Part shown: piece after piece, positions 18,931 through 28,800 of the stretch
How positions within the stretch are numbered: the stretch's first letter is position 1
Layout of the letters: the number at the start of each line of letters is the position of its first letter
Assembly: GCF_000439085.1 (NCBI RefSeq)
Contig: NZ_AUUA01000004.1
Coordinates: 180,773-244,772 of the forward strand
Reading direction: 5' to 3'
Length of the DNA stretch: 64,000 nucleotides
Source: Leminorella grimontii ATCC 33999 = DSM 5078
GTDB lineage: Bacteria > Pseudomonadota > Gammaproteobacteria > Enterobacterales > Enterobacteriaceae
The notes under the pieces: model-generated
Seen by the model: the letters and a program-made list of their open reading frames with translations, nothing else
What the model was told of the DNA's origin: nothing
The model's database searches: none
Position numbers and translations under genes: made by a program

Positions 18931-19128
18931 TATAGGCTACTTTATATTTAGCTCTGCGTGCGTAAATACGTGCATTGATTAATGCATCTCTAATGTCATA
19001 CAACGCGCAGAGGTAATGGATTGAGAGTAATCAGCGACGGCATTAAAGTAAATGCCATCTCTGATATCATAGTCCGTTGGTAGAAAATGAACAAGCACTT
19101 ATAGCGTTATTATTGCAATAATATGCAG

Positions 19129-20283
19129 TTAGTAGCTTAAGCTCAAAATTCTACGGGCTTCAATTTCTGTGATGTCCTTATGCTCCCCAAGAGGAAATAA
19201 GTTAAATCTTTTTAAATAGTTAATTGCATCATCAATGGATGATTCCGGTATCCCATACGCTCTCAGACTGGTCATTATTCCCATATTTTCAAAAAAACGC
19301 TTGGTTAGAGATATCGCACTATTTATCCGTTCGTCTTCATTGCCGTCCGTTAATCCCCAAACTCTGTCTGCGTATTGTAATAGTTTCAATCGCTTGTTTT
19401 TTCTTTGTACTTCCAAAACGGAAGGCAGTATTACTGCAAGGGTTTGAGCGTGGTCAAGGCCGTGATATACCGTAAAATAATAGCCCATCCGATGAGTAGC
19501 CCAGTCCTGAGGAACGCCCAGACCAATCAGGCCGTTAAGCGCCTGTGTCGCACTCCACATAATGGAGGCTCTGACGTCGTAGTTCTGTCGGTCAGCCAGC
19601 GCCTTAGGGCCTTCTTCGATCAGCGTCAGCATTAATCCTTCCGCATAGCGGTCTTGCACTTTTCCGTAAACCGGGTAGGTAAGGTATTGCTCGGTAACGT
19701 GTACGAAGGCGTCGACAACACCGTTAGCAATCTGTTTTTCCGGCAGAGTGTAGCTTTTTTTCGGGTCGAGAAGGGCAAAGCGAGGGAAAAGCAGAGGATG
19801 CTTATGGCTTAGCTTGGCGTTAAGGTCTGAACGGCTTATAACCGCAGTGCCGTTCGTTTCAGAACCGGTTGCGGGGAGCGTTACTACACAGCCAATGGGA
19901 AGCGTCTGCTTTAAAGGGACGTTTTTTGTCCAGCTGTCCCATGCGTCGCCTTCAAAGTAACGAGCGGCGGCAATAAATTTTGTCCCATCAATAACGGAAC
20001 CTCCGCCGACGGCGAGAAGAAAATCGATTTTTTCTTCTTTTGCGATGCTTACGGCTTTCATCAACGTATCGTATTGGGGATTTGGCTCTATCCCGCCAAA
20101 TTCAATGTACTGTCTTGCGCCTAACGCGTGTTTTACCTCATCAAGCGTGCCGAATCGTTTCGCGCTCCCGCCTCCGTAGGTTATCAATACTTTGGCGTCC
20201 GCAGGGATTTGAGCGTCAATGTCCTTAATTCGCCCTTCACCAAAAAGGATCCGCGTTGGATTGTAGTAATCAAAGTTAAACAT
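19129..20283 (-). CDS. yqhD: iron-containing (group III) alcohol dehydrogenase / NADPH aldehyde reductase, YqhD-like
   Basis: 384 aa. ARVLITYGGGS..EFGGIEPNP..LLAVGGGSV.DGTKFIAAA and GVPQDWATH...HGLDHAQTLA are collinear with E. coli YqhD. RBS ggaga before ATG 20283. Confidence 0.85.
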   Translation of the reverse strand: MFNFDYYNPTRILFGEGRIKDIDAQIPADAKVLITYGGGSAKRFGTLDEVKHALGARQYIEFGGIEPNPQYDTLMKAVSIAKEEKIDFLLAVGGGSVIDGTKFIAAARYFEGDAWDSWTKNVPLKQTLPIGCVVTLPATGSETNGTAVISRSDLNAKLSHKHPLLFPRFALLDPKKSYTLPEKQIANGVVDAFVHVTEQYLTYPVYGKVQDRYAEGLMLTLIEEGPKALADRQNYDVRASIMWSATQALNGLIGLGVPQDWATHRMGYYFTVYHGLDHAQTLAVILPSVLEVQRKNKRLKLLQYADRVWGLTDGNEDERINSAISLTKRFFENMGIMTSLRAYGIPESSIDDAINYLKRFNLFPLGEHKDITEIEARRILSLSY

Positions 20284-20579
20284 CGTTATCTCCCAATAGC
20301 GGGCATATATAAAGCTATGCGCTGAGTGGCTTGACCTTCAAGGTACTTCTGTAAGCACCGTTTATTGATGCTTATTTTAGTGAGGGATATAAATATAGCC
20401 TATTTGCACCAGCCGCTTTACTGACGTGGGATAAATTATATTTCATTTTTATTTTCTTGTTATAGAAGGAGTAATTTTGAGATTGCGTGCAGATTTAATA
20501 AATAGTGCAGGAATGTATGAAGCGGAGCAATATCGGGGACAAAAAAGCCGACCCTAAGGTCGGCTTTGCAATGCGGTGA

Positions 20580-21965
20580 TTAAAGGAACACGCCGCCGGA
20601 CTCGCCCAGCTTCTGATCGCCGGCCTTAGGCTTAGCTTTTGCCTTTGGCTTGGATGAGGTTGCTTTGGCCGGCTCAGCCTTGGCCTTATCGGCTTTAGCT
20701 TCGACTACCGGAGGGGCTAAGCGTGCGACAGCGCCTTTATCTACGGCTTCGATTTTACCGCTTTCGATTACGCCGTAAGAGATTTTGTCTTTAATTGAGG
20801 TAATCACGATGGTCGCGACTTTCTCTTCAGCGGCGCCGAGCACTTCACCCGTATCCGGATCGACCAGCTCTTCGCCCTGAGAGTAAATGTCAAAACGGTC
20901 GCCGTCATAAACCATGGCTTCGCCGCGGTTGATAATAACCTGACCGTTCGCCACGGCAACGACTTTAGCCGGCGTCAGCTTGTTAACGATTTTATCGGCG
21001 ATAACGTCGCTAATTTGCTTACGCGCGGTTTCAATGTATCGGCCGCTTTGCTCAAATACCGTAGAGTCAGACCACTGAATGCCGTGGGTTGCCGCTTCCA
21101 ACAGGGAGTAGCGAACGGTGACCTTGGTTTTTGACGAACTGGAGACGTCAAATTCGCCAGTCAGGTCAACGCTGGTGACTTTGGTGGTCGTTCTTACGCC
21201 GGCTTCGGTCACGTTAATGACCAGCAGATAGTCAGCGGGTAGGGCGGTTTGGCGAACGTCGATGGAGTTGTTCAAACGGCCTTCCAGAAACTTCTCTTCT
21301 GCTTCAAAAGCCTTGTCGTTAGTCGCGCTGCGATCCAGTACGGTGAAGCGCTGTGACTGAACGATACGGTCAGTGATTTCCTGACGAAGCGTATTGGCGA
21401 ACGCCGAACGGCTGCGGTTGCCGGTAGTGATAATCGCCAAACGATCGCGCTTTGAAGCCGCTTGAGACGTTTTGCGTTCTACCTTATCGATTTCAACGGT
21501 CAGAATAACCGTACAGCCTTTGGCATCGCAGTCGCGCGTTTTAACCTTATAGCCTTTTACCGTACCTGCGCTGCGCGTGTCTATCTGTGCGCTTTTGCCG
21601 GTATTTACGGTAACGTCGCGGTTGGCGTTTCCGCCTACGTTAACGTCAAGGTTTTCGGTGTAGGTAGAGTCGCCGGCCTTGTTGCTGAGAAACGAATTGT
21701 CGTTGTTCTTCGTATTCTCAACGTAGGTGCCTTTTCCTTCCACGTTAACGTCGGCTTTGTCTTTGATACGGACATAGTCACCCGCACGTTCAGACTGCGT
21801 TTTTACGGTCATTCCATTCACCTGACGAACGGCGTCGGCCAGAGCGGCATCGACGGCTTTTTCGTAGGTTTCACCGTATCCTTGTGCTTCGACGGTTTCA
21901 ATTTTTGCAAAAGCAGAAGATGAAAACGCCAGAAGTCCTACAAGTACCAAGATCCATTTTTTCAT
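20580..21965 (-). CDS. secreted protein with N-terminal LPP20-like domain, central CsgG-like (COG1462) domain and Lys/Ala/Pro-rich C-terminal tail
   Basis: Sec signal MKKWILVLVGLLAFSSSAFA. LPP20-like IETVEAQGYGETYEKAVDAALADAVRQ. CsgG-like LAIITTGNRSRSAF...RFTVLDRS...ADYLLVINVTEAG. Tail AKADKAKAEPAKATSSKPKAKAKPKAG. Probable start is the ATG at 21965; the TTG at 21971 in the ORF track is less likely. Confidence 0.7.
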   Translation of the reverse strand: MKKWILVLVGLLAFSSSAFAKIETVEAQGYGETYEKAVDAALADAVRQVNGMTVKTQSERAGDYVRIKDKADVNVEGKGTYVENTKNNDNSFLSNKAGDSTYTENLDVNVGGNANRDVTVNTGKSAQIDTRSAGTVKGYKVKTRDCDAKGCTVILTVEIDKVERKTSQAASKRDRLAIITTGNRSRSAFANTLRQEITDRIVQSQRFTVLDRSATNDKAFEAEEKFLEGRLNNSIDVRQTALPADYLLVINVTEAGVRTTTKVTSVDLTGEFDVSSSSKTKVTVRYSLLEAATHGIQWSDSTVFEQSGRYIETARKQISDVIADKIVNKLTPAKVVAVANGQVIINRGEAMVYDGDRFDIYSQGEELVDPDTGEVLGAAEEKVATIVITSIKDKISYGVIESGKIEAVDKGAVARLAPPVVEAKADKAKAEPAKATSSKPKAKAKPKAGDQKLGESGGVFL

Positions 21966-22047
21966 TAGCAAGCCCTAATGGATGAAACAAACTTATGCGG
22001 CACAGCCCAATCTCTTGTCGGGCGCGCCGCTCCTAGGCATTCCGTCA

Positions 22048-22665
22048 TTACCAGCTGGCGGTGCGATTGTCGCCGCGCTTGATGATGGGATACTCTTTTT
22101 CCCAGTAAGCCAAACCGTCATCGAGGTTGGTCAGCGTCAGCTGGAAGTAGTATTCAACCTGCTGAGTGCTGGAGTTTACGGTACGGTTTTGCTGAATGAT
22201 CTTACCGGTCAGCGAGAAGTCAGGTGCGATAACGCGGCCGTCTTTCTTAACGGTTTTCTGGTTGACCATCTTGGAATTACGCAGCTGGCGCACTTTACGG
22301 GTCATCTCATCTTCCGGACCGTTGGCGCTAATTGCCGTAGTCACTACGAAACGGCCAGAGTTTAGCAGGCTGGTGCGGATTTTCTTGGTCAACTGATCGG
22401 TATCGATACGCTGATCGGTGTCGTTGATAATGCCGGTAACCGTCAGTACATAACGACCGCCCTGCGGATGAACCAGCAGGTCGGAGCTCAACATGTCGTC
22501 AACCATGTTGGTCGCCGCCATTTCGAAGTCCTTATAGTCCAGGCCCATAATGGCTACGTTATCGTTTTTGCTGTCGACGTAGTAGGCGCCATCCTGCGCA
22601 CATCCAGCGAGAGAAAGGGCTACTGCCGCGGCAAGAAAAGTCTTTTTGTTAAAAATAGTCATCAT
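22048..22665 (-). CDS. LpoB-like / DUF799(GNA1162)-like outer-membrane lipoprotein
   Basis: Lipobox LSLAGC. The motif pattern YKDF..MV..ML / YVLTVTGIINDTDQRID..LTKKIRTSLLNSGRFVVT / DFSLTGKI resembles LpoB-family activator lipoproteins. Sits 76 bp upstream of the CsgG-like gene. Confidence 0.6.
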   Translation of the reverse strand: MMTIFNKKTFLAAAVALSLAGCAQDGAYYVDSKNDNVAIMGLDYKDFEMAATNMVDDMLSSDLLVHPQGGRYVLTVTGIINDTDQRIDTDQLTKKIRTSLLNSGRFVVTTAISANGPEDEMTRKVRQLRNSKMVNQKTVKKDGRVIAPDFSLTGKIIQQNRTVNSSTQQVEYYFQLTLTNLDDGLAYWEKEYPIIKRGDNRTASW

Positions 22666-22720
22666 AACGTTCTCAACATAAGTTTAGGGTTATTACGATA
22701 TCGATCCCTCAAGGGAAATT

Positions 22721-24091
22721 CTACATCGCATTCTTACTGGTTAATACGTCCACTTTAGGCTGCATCAGCGAATTTATACTGCGCACATAAACGACCACGG
22801 GCTGTGGCGTTGCCGGCAGATCGACGGTGATAGCTGAACCTCCTGAAGGAGCAATCTGAATCTTTTGACTGCTGGGCCATTTGACATAGGCAACCTGAAA
22901 ATCGTAGGGAAGCGTATGCCAGCTGCGGATATCGGCCTGAGTGGTGACTGCCTGGGCAATCCCTGTGATAGCGCCGAGGATCCTGACCGTTTTATTATCC
23001 GAGTTCATCATCGTCGCCTGCGCTGCCGTCTTCAGAACGGCGCGAGTGAGCTCTTTAATAAGGATTCCGGTAAATTCCGTTTTAAATTCACCCTGAATGA
23101 TTTTATCCATTTGGGCGAAGGATTCCGTTTTAGTCCCTCCATTGACTGAAAGATAAGGATACGCCGGGCTGCCTGATTCCAGCGTCGGTAGTGCAATACC
23201 CGCGTAGGCTACGCGTTTGGTTAATAAAATCAACGGTAAATCAATGCGCCGTTCGACTTTCTGAGCCGCCGCGCCGTTTTCAAAAATCACCCAGACGCCG
23301 GGCGGAACGCTGCGGCCTTTGCTGTTCGCCAGACTGAGGTCTGAGCGAATCTGACGGTTGCGCGTTAGCGCATAGGCGCGCTTAAGGCTTTCCTTGGCTT
23401 TGGCCAAATCGCCTGCGCTTTCGTTATTAATCAAGAAATAAAGGCCGTGCAGATAGAGAGAGGCGGGGTTGATATAGCCATCATAGGGCTTCCACTTGTC
23501 AACATCGATCCCTGATCCTTCCAGCGTTTCCATTGATTTTTTATACGTATCGCCCAGGTTATTGCTTTTTATGGCGCTTTTCTGCTCATTGATCTCTTTT
23601 GAAAAATGTTCCGCGGCCCTGCGCTGGCGGTCGTCAACCCGGTTCCACTCTACGCGGGCGTTGTTAAAATCGGCCTGTTGCCAAAAGTTCAGCGCCTTAT
23701 AGGTATTCACCATCACTCGGTCATAAACGCGCGGAGAGTAGTCCATGACGTTGTCGTTGACAACCATAGACGCAGCCTGGCTGAAGCCGGACGCCGCGAT
23801 GTTTTTGGTCTCATCCTCTTTAATCAGAAGCTCTGCGCCGTCAAAAACTTTGGTTGAACGGTCCAACTGGTTGGTCATGCGAAGCAGGGCGCCCGCTTCC
23901 AAAGACCACAGCAGGTTTGTCGCTTCGCCGCTGCCGGATACGCCTTCATCCAGCGCAATTTTTTCCGCCATTTCAATCTGACCCTGAGACAGGGAGTAGT
24001 CAAGGTTTTTACGTGAGGGGGGATTAGCGCAGGAGGCTAGAGTTAGGGCGATGCCACAGCAAAGCGATATACGTGAGATCTGATTTTTCAT
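22721..24091 (-). CDS. large lipoprotein of unknown function (456 aa)
   Basis: The start is the ATG at 24091 (MKNQISRISLCCGIALTLASCANPP, lipobox LASC). The 64-codon upstream extension in the ORF track is rejected. Helical and repeat-like content. Lies 55 bp upstream of the LpoB-like gene. Confidence 0.65.
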   Translation of the reverse strand: MKNQISRISLCCGIALTLASCANPPSRKNLDYSLSQGQIEMAEKIALDEGVSGSGEATNLLWSLEAGALLRMTNQLDRSTKVFDGAELLIKEDETKNIAASGFSQAASMVVNDNVMDYSPRVYDRVMVNTYKALNFWQQADFNNARVEWNRVDDRQRRAAEHFSKEINEQKSAIKSNNLGDTYKKSMETLEGSGIDVDKWKPYDGYINPASLYLHGLYFLINNESAGDLAKAKESLKRAYALTRNRQIRSDLSLANSKGRSVPPGVWVIFENGAAAQKVERRIDLPLILLTKRVAYAGIALPTLESGSPAYPYLSVNGGTKTESFAQMDKIIQGEFKTEFTGILIKELTRAVLKTAAQATMMNSDNKTVRILGAITGIAQAVTTQADIRSWHTLPYDFQVAYVKWPSSQKIQIAPSGGSAITVDLPATPQPVVVYVRSINSLMQPKVDVLTSKNAM

Positions 24092-24279
24092 AAGGTTTCT
24101 ATTATTGGTAGTTATTATGTTGTCGTATTTTTTTCGTCGTATTAAAGCCGTATCGTTTGATAAATGGCTAAAAGGGCTTCCCTGCCGACTTAAAATAAAT
24201 CTGCGCTGGGTTGCCGAACCGAGAGACGTACTTTCTTTTTGGCTTATTGCCTTCTCAGTTTTCCTTAATGCCATTTCCA

Positions 24280-24978
24280 TCAATTAAACCTCCGCCACAG
24301 CTGAATAAACTGCTGTTGGTAGAGATTTAAAAGATCGGGATTGTCCGTTACGAGCACGTTTTCATAGTTATGTTGAGATGCGCTCTTCGTCCAATTAAAG
24401 CTGCCGTTAAGCAAATAGCGGCCGTCAAAAATCGCGAACTTATGGTGCATATGATAGGGCGTATCGTCCATGACGATAGAAATGCCCTTACGCATCAGAT
24501 AGTCGATATCGCTGCCGCGGTCTTCCGACTTATCGTCATCAGTAATAATTCTGATTTTAATATTTCGCTGATGGGCACGCATAATAGCGTCGGTGATATC
24601 ATCATCGGCGATAGTGAATACGCAGATGTCAGCGCTTTGCTTTGTATGGGAGAGGAGGGCGCAGATTTTATCGCGACAGGCGTTGCCGGGAGAAAAAAAG
24701 GCAGTGCTGTTAACCTGTTTTTGCTGGCCGGAGAGGTCCAGCGTTTTAACAACCGTTTCCAGCCACTTCAGCACTGGCTGAAGATCGGTCGGAGCGGTAT
24801 CGAGATGGTCACGTACCAGATCGAAAGCGCGATTGCGCATGAATCCATACTGCTCCGCCGTGAGCGACTGGCTGATTTCCCTTAACTGGATACGCTCCCC
24901 CTGGCTTAACGAAAGATCGGCCAGCGAGTCTTCGAGGTAGCGTTCCAGCTCTTTATTTTCCATTGTCCTTTTTCTCAT
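24280..24978 (-). CDS. phospholipase D-family protein with single HKD motif (Nuc-like endonuclease fold) and unique N-terminal extension
   Basis: HMHHKFAIFDGRYLLNGSFNWT contains H-x-K-x4-D...GSxN. 232 aa, no signal peptide. Alternative start MENKEL at 24963. Confidence 0.75.
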   Translation of the reverse strand: MRKRTMENKELERYLEDSLADLSLSQGERIQLREISQSLTAEQYGFMRNRAFDLVRDHLDTAPTDLQPVLKWLETVVKTLDLSGQQKQVNSTAFFSPGNACRDKICALLSHTKQSADICVFTIADDDITDAIMRAHQRNIKIRIITDDDKSEDRGSDIDYLMRKGISIVMDDTPYHMHHKFAIFDGRYLLNGSFNWTKSASQHNYENVLVTDNPDLLNLYQQQFIQLWRRFN

Positions 24979-25244
24979 CCATAAAAAGAAAAATTGAAAT
25001 GCTTTACATAATTTTTATTACTTTATTACCCTGCATATCAGTGATTTTTTACCTTTTAGTCAATATGCCGTCCTAGTTTGCGGGAATCGGTTACCAAAAG
25101 AAAGGGGATTAACTGAAAAATTACTTATAACGAAAGCGAATATCGCTAAGAGGGAAATATGCGAAATGAAGTCCTTCTTTGACGTTAATTTTTTCGCGCA
25201 GCTTCTGCCTTTAATTCTCTGATATCAATTCGTTAACGAGTGTT

Positions 25245-25805
25245 TTATTTTTTTAACCTATCCCTTCTCTTGGTGAATACGGCATAAAGAACGCCAGCCG
25301 CCGCGCCGGCGATGTGGCTTTCGGTTGAAATATAGGGATCGCTGGGCAGCAGGCCAGCCGCAATGCTGCCGTAATAAACGAGTACTAGCAGTGCAAAAAG
25401 CAGATCCAACAGCCTTCTGCGAGTGATTGCCTGAGCTAAAAGCAGCGCCCACAGGCCGAAAATCCATCCGCTGGCTCCAATATGATAGGCCGGACGGGCG
25501 AATAGCCAGACCAGCAATCCGCCGATAAAAATAATAGTCAGACTGGAGAACAGATAGTCCCGTATTGAATGCGTCATTAACAGCGCGCTGAGGAAAAGCA
25601 GTATCGGAAGGTTGCTAAAGAGATGCCTCCAATCGCCGTGAATAAACGGAGCCAGCGGGATCCCCCATAGTCCGTCCAAGCTGCGGGGCAGGATCCCCAG
25701 CGTCGCAAGCCGGCCGCCAAAAAGCGTATTGGCGCACTGAATGAGAATAAGCAGGGCCGCTAGAGCGGCCAACGTATAAACGCGATGCTTAAGCCAGGTC
25801 TTCAC
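25245..25805 (-). CDS. rhomboid-family intramembrane serine protease (short 6-TM form)
   Basis: 186 aa. Catalytic GASGWIFG and H in ESHIAGAAAG. GTG start at 25805 lies 6 nt after the stop of the upstream giant gene, consistent with translational coupling. Confidence 0.8.
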   Translation of the reverse strand: MKTWLKHRVYTLAALAALLILIQCANTLFGGRLATLGILPRSLDGLWGIPLAPFIHGDWRHLFSNLPILLFLSALLMTHSIRDYLFSSLTIIFIGGLLVWLFARPAYHIGASGWIFGLWALLLAQAITRRRLLDLLFALLVLVYYGSIAAGLLPSDPYISTESHIAGAAAGVLYAVFTKRRDRLKK

Positions 25806-25811
25806 CCTATG

Positions 25812-28800
25812 CTAGTTCCTCAATGCCTGGACGCTTTCAACCAGCGATGCCAGCTGAACAACAACGCGATCGCCGACGTCTGCGTTATCGCCGCCCAGCG
25901 CCTTGTTTTTCATAAAGTCGCGCTTAATTTGCTGCCAGCGCAGGGTCTCTTCCGGCGACATGGTGTCTCGAATTTCCGCCAGCTTAAGCAGGTTCTCTTC
26001 TGCGCCTTGAGTCAGCAGCTGCGCTTCTCCCAGATAGTGATCGTCAAGGATCTGGCGAATTTCTGCGGCGTTCATCACCGCCGAGATCTTCTCGGCCAGC
26101 TTGTTCATGTTGCGGTAGCTGCCCTGAAGCTTAAAGGGCGGTTCGGTTCGGTACTTATCCGACTGCGCGGCGCTGGCGATGTACTGCTGGTTGACCTTCA
26201 GCACCACGTCGCGCAGTGAAATCATGCGTTCCAGAATGGCGACGATCTCGCTAATTTCCGCTTCGCTATACTGATAGCTTAGCGACGTTGCGGAGAACGG
26301 CTTGCCCATGGCCTTATCGACAAACAGATAGAGATCGTTCATATCCCGCAGCGCCAGCGGCGCCAGCACAGGATTGGACGTCAGGCTGTTTTCTATATAG
26401 CTTAAGGCAAAGGCCTCTTCCATTCCGCCAAGCACTTCGCCCAGATTGTAGATGTCCGCCCGGTTGGCCAACATGTCGGGAATTTTGAATACCTCGCCGG
26501 ATTCCGTATACGGGTTGCCGGCCATGACGACGCAGAACTTTTTGCCGCGCATGTCGTAGGTTTTGGTCTTTCCTTTCCAAACGCCCTCGATGCGCCGCGT
26601 TCCGTCACACAGCGAAATAAACTTCTGCAGGAACTCGGGATGCGTATGCTGAATGTCGTCCACGTACAGCATCACGTTGTTGCCCATTTCCAGCGCCAGG
26701 TTGAGCTTTTCCAATTCCTGGCGGGCGGTGGCGTTCGGCGCCTGCTCGGGGTCGAGAGAAAGCACGTCGTGCCCCAGAGCAGGACCGTTGATCTTCATAA
26801 AGATCAGGCCCAGGCGGTTAGCGACGTACTCCATCAGCGTCGTTTTGCCGTAGCCGGGCGGAGATATCATCAGCAGGAGGCCCATCAGGTCTGTCCGCTT
26901 GTTTTCACCGATGGTGCCGATTTGCTTAGCCAGGTTATCGCCGATGATAGGTAGATACACGTCGTTAATCAGCTTGTTGCGAACGAAGGAACTTAGCGGC
27001 TTGGCCTTAAATTCGTGCAGGCGCAGGGCGTTTCTTTGCTCATTTAGCGCCTCCTGACGCAGCGACTGATAGCGCTGATAGCCGGGAATGAAGACCTTAC
27101 GCTGTTTGCGCATGCGTACGAAGTAGTCGTCTAACCTCAAGTGCAGAGACCTGTCGACGATAAGCGGATGTTCGCCCATCAGATCGCTTACCGTGAAGTG
27201 CAAATCGGCTTCGCTAAAGCGGGCAGTGGCCGATTTGTCCAACAGCGTGAGAACAACCGCTTCGGCAACGTAGTCGCACAGCGAAGCGTATTCCGGCAGA
27301 GAGCATAGCCCCTTGAGCCAGTTTTCTATCAGCGACCAGCGCTGGGCGTAGCGATGGCCCAAGTTCTGCTGGGACTGAATAAAGTCGCGCCACATGTGGG
27401 CCTGCGTCAGCCTGGCCTGTAGCCCTTCCAGCAGCGTTTTAGCATATTTGCTAAACGTAAACTCAAGGGGCGAGCGTCCCAGCGCTAGGCTGAGATATTC
27501 GGCAGCCTGGTGCTGTTGGTAAGGCTGGCAGCTTATCGGATTTTGCTCAAGGAACAGGCTTAACTCGGCCTCTATTTCCGCCTGCAGATCGAGCAAGCCT
27601 GAGTCGTGCCGGAACAGCTGTAAAATATTAAGGCTGGTGCGTGCGCGCTCCGGCCACAGCGACGGCAGCTCCTGCTTTTGTACGTGCTGCCAGAACAGCA
27701 CCGCCAGGCCGCGCGCCAACGGGTTAAAGCGCAGCAAATCCGCGCTTTGCCCGACCGGAATCAGCTTTTGTAAAATCGCGACGGCGTCATGGTCGTGAAT
27801 GCCTTTTTCATACCCTTCGCGGTAGCGCGGCGCGGCGAAGTCTCGTACGGCTTTTTCCAGCGCTTCCGGCTGATTAAGCAGGCTGGTCAGCGACTCCAGC
27901 GTTAGCCCGTCCTGCTCTTTGCTTGCCGCGTAAATCATCGAATAGGCCAGATACTCAGCGCGATAAACGCTGTCGGACTCAGACTCTATCGAAATTGGCC
28001 AGTAATCTTTCAGCTCGTCGAGTTCAGGCGTATTCAGCGGTTCCTGATAGTCGGTACCAGTCAGGTGTAGGAACAGGCGATCGCCGTGGGGCAAAATCGT
28101 GAGATCCAGCTCCTGCGTGTTGACGCTGAAACGATGGCGAGGGCCTAGTTTGATAACGCTGCCGTCGTTTTCAAAGATTTCCGACTTGTCCCTCAGGCTG
28201 CGGATAGCCTGATCGCGGGCGGCTTTGAACTTGGCGTCGATGTCGTCCGCTTTGACGCTGTCTTTCAGATCCCTTAGTCGCTCAACGATTTCCCTCGTTT
28301 TCAGCGAAAGAGGATCGGAGGCAAAGAACGCATTGAGCTCGTCCTGCGCGTTAAACTTGGCGGTTCGTCTGCGAATGCTGTCCAGCAGGCGTTCGGCGGC
28401 GACCTGAAGGTTTTGCGCCTTGCGTTGGCGCTCGTCAAGCAGCGCCTGCTTGTGGGTTTCAAACGTTTCCAGCAGCTCTTCGCGCTTGCCGAGAATGTCG
28501 TTTAGAAACTCATCGTGTTCGCTAAATTGGCTTTCCAGCTCTTCAAGCTGAACCAGCAGCCTTGAAAGCTGTTCATCGCAGCGCTCTGGGTCGGTTGCCA
28601 GCGAGAGCGCGTTGGCGATCCCCTGGCTGAACAGCTTGAACTGGGCGCCGAACTGAGCGACGGACTCGGTTGAGGTTTGCTCTTTACGGCGCTGCTGTAG
28701 CCGGGCTCTGGCCTGATTAAGCCGGGCGTAAATCTCTGAAATGGACTCAATGATGCGCGTTTGCTGCGTAGTGTCTTCAAACCGAAGCGACGCCATCAGG

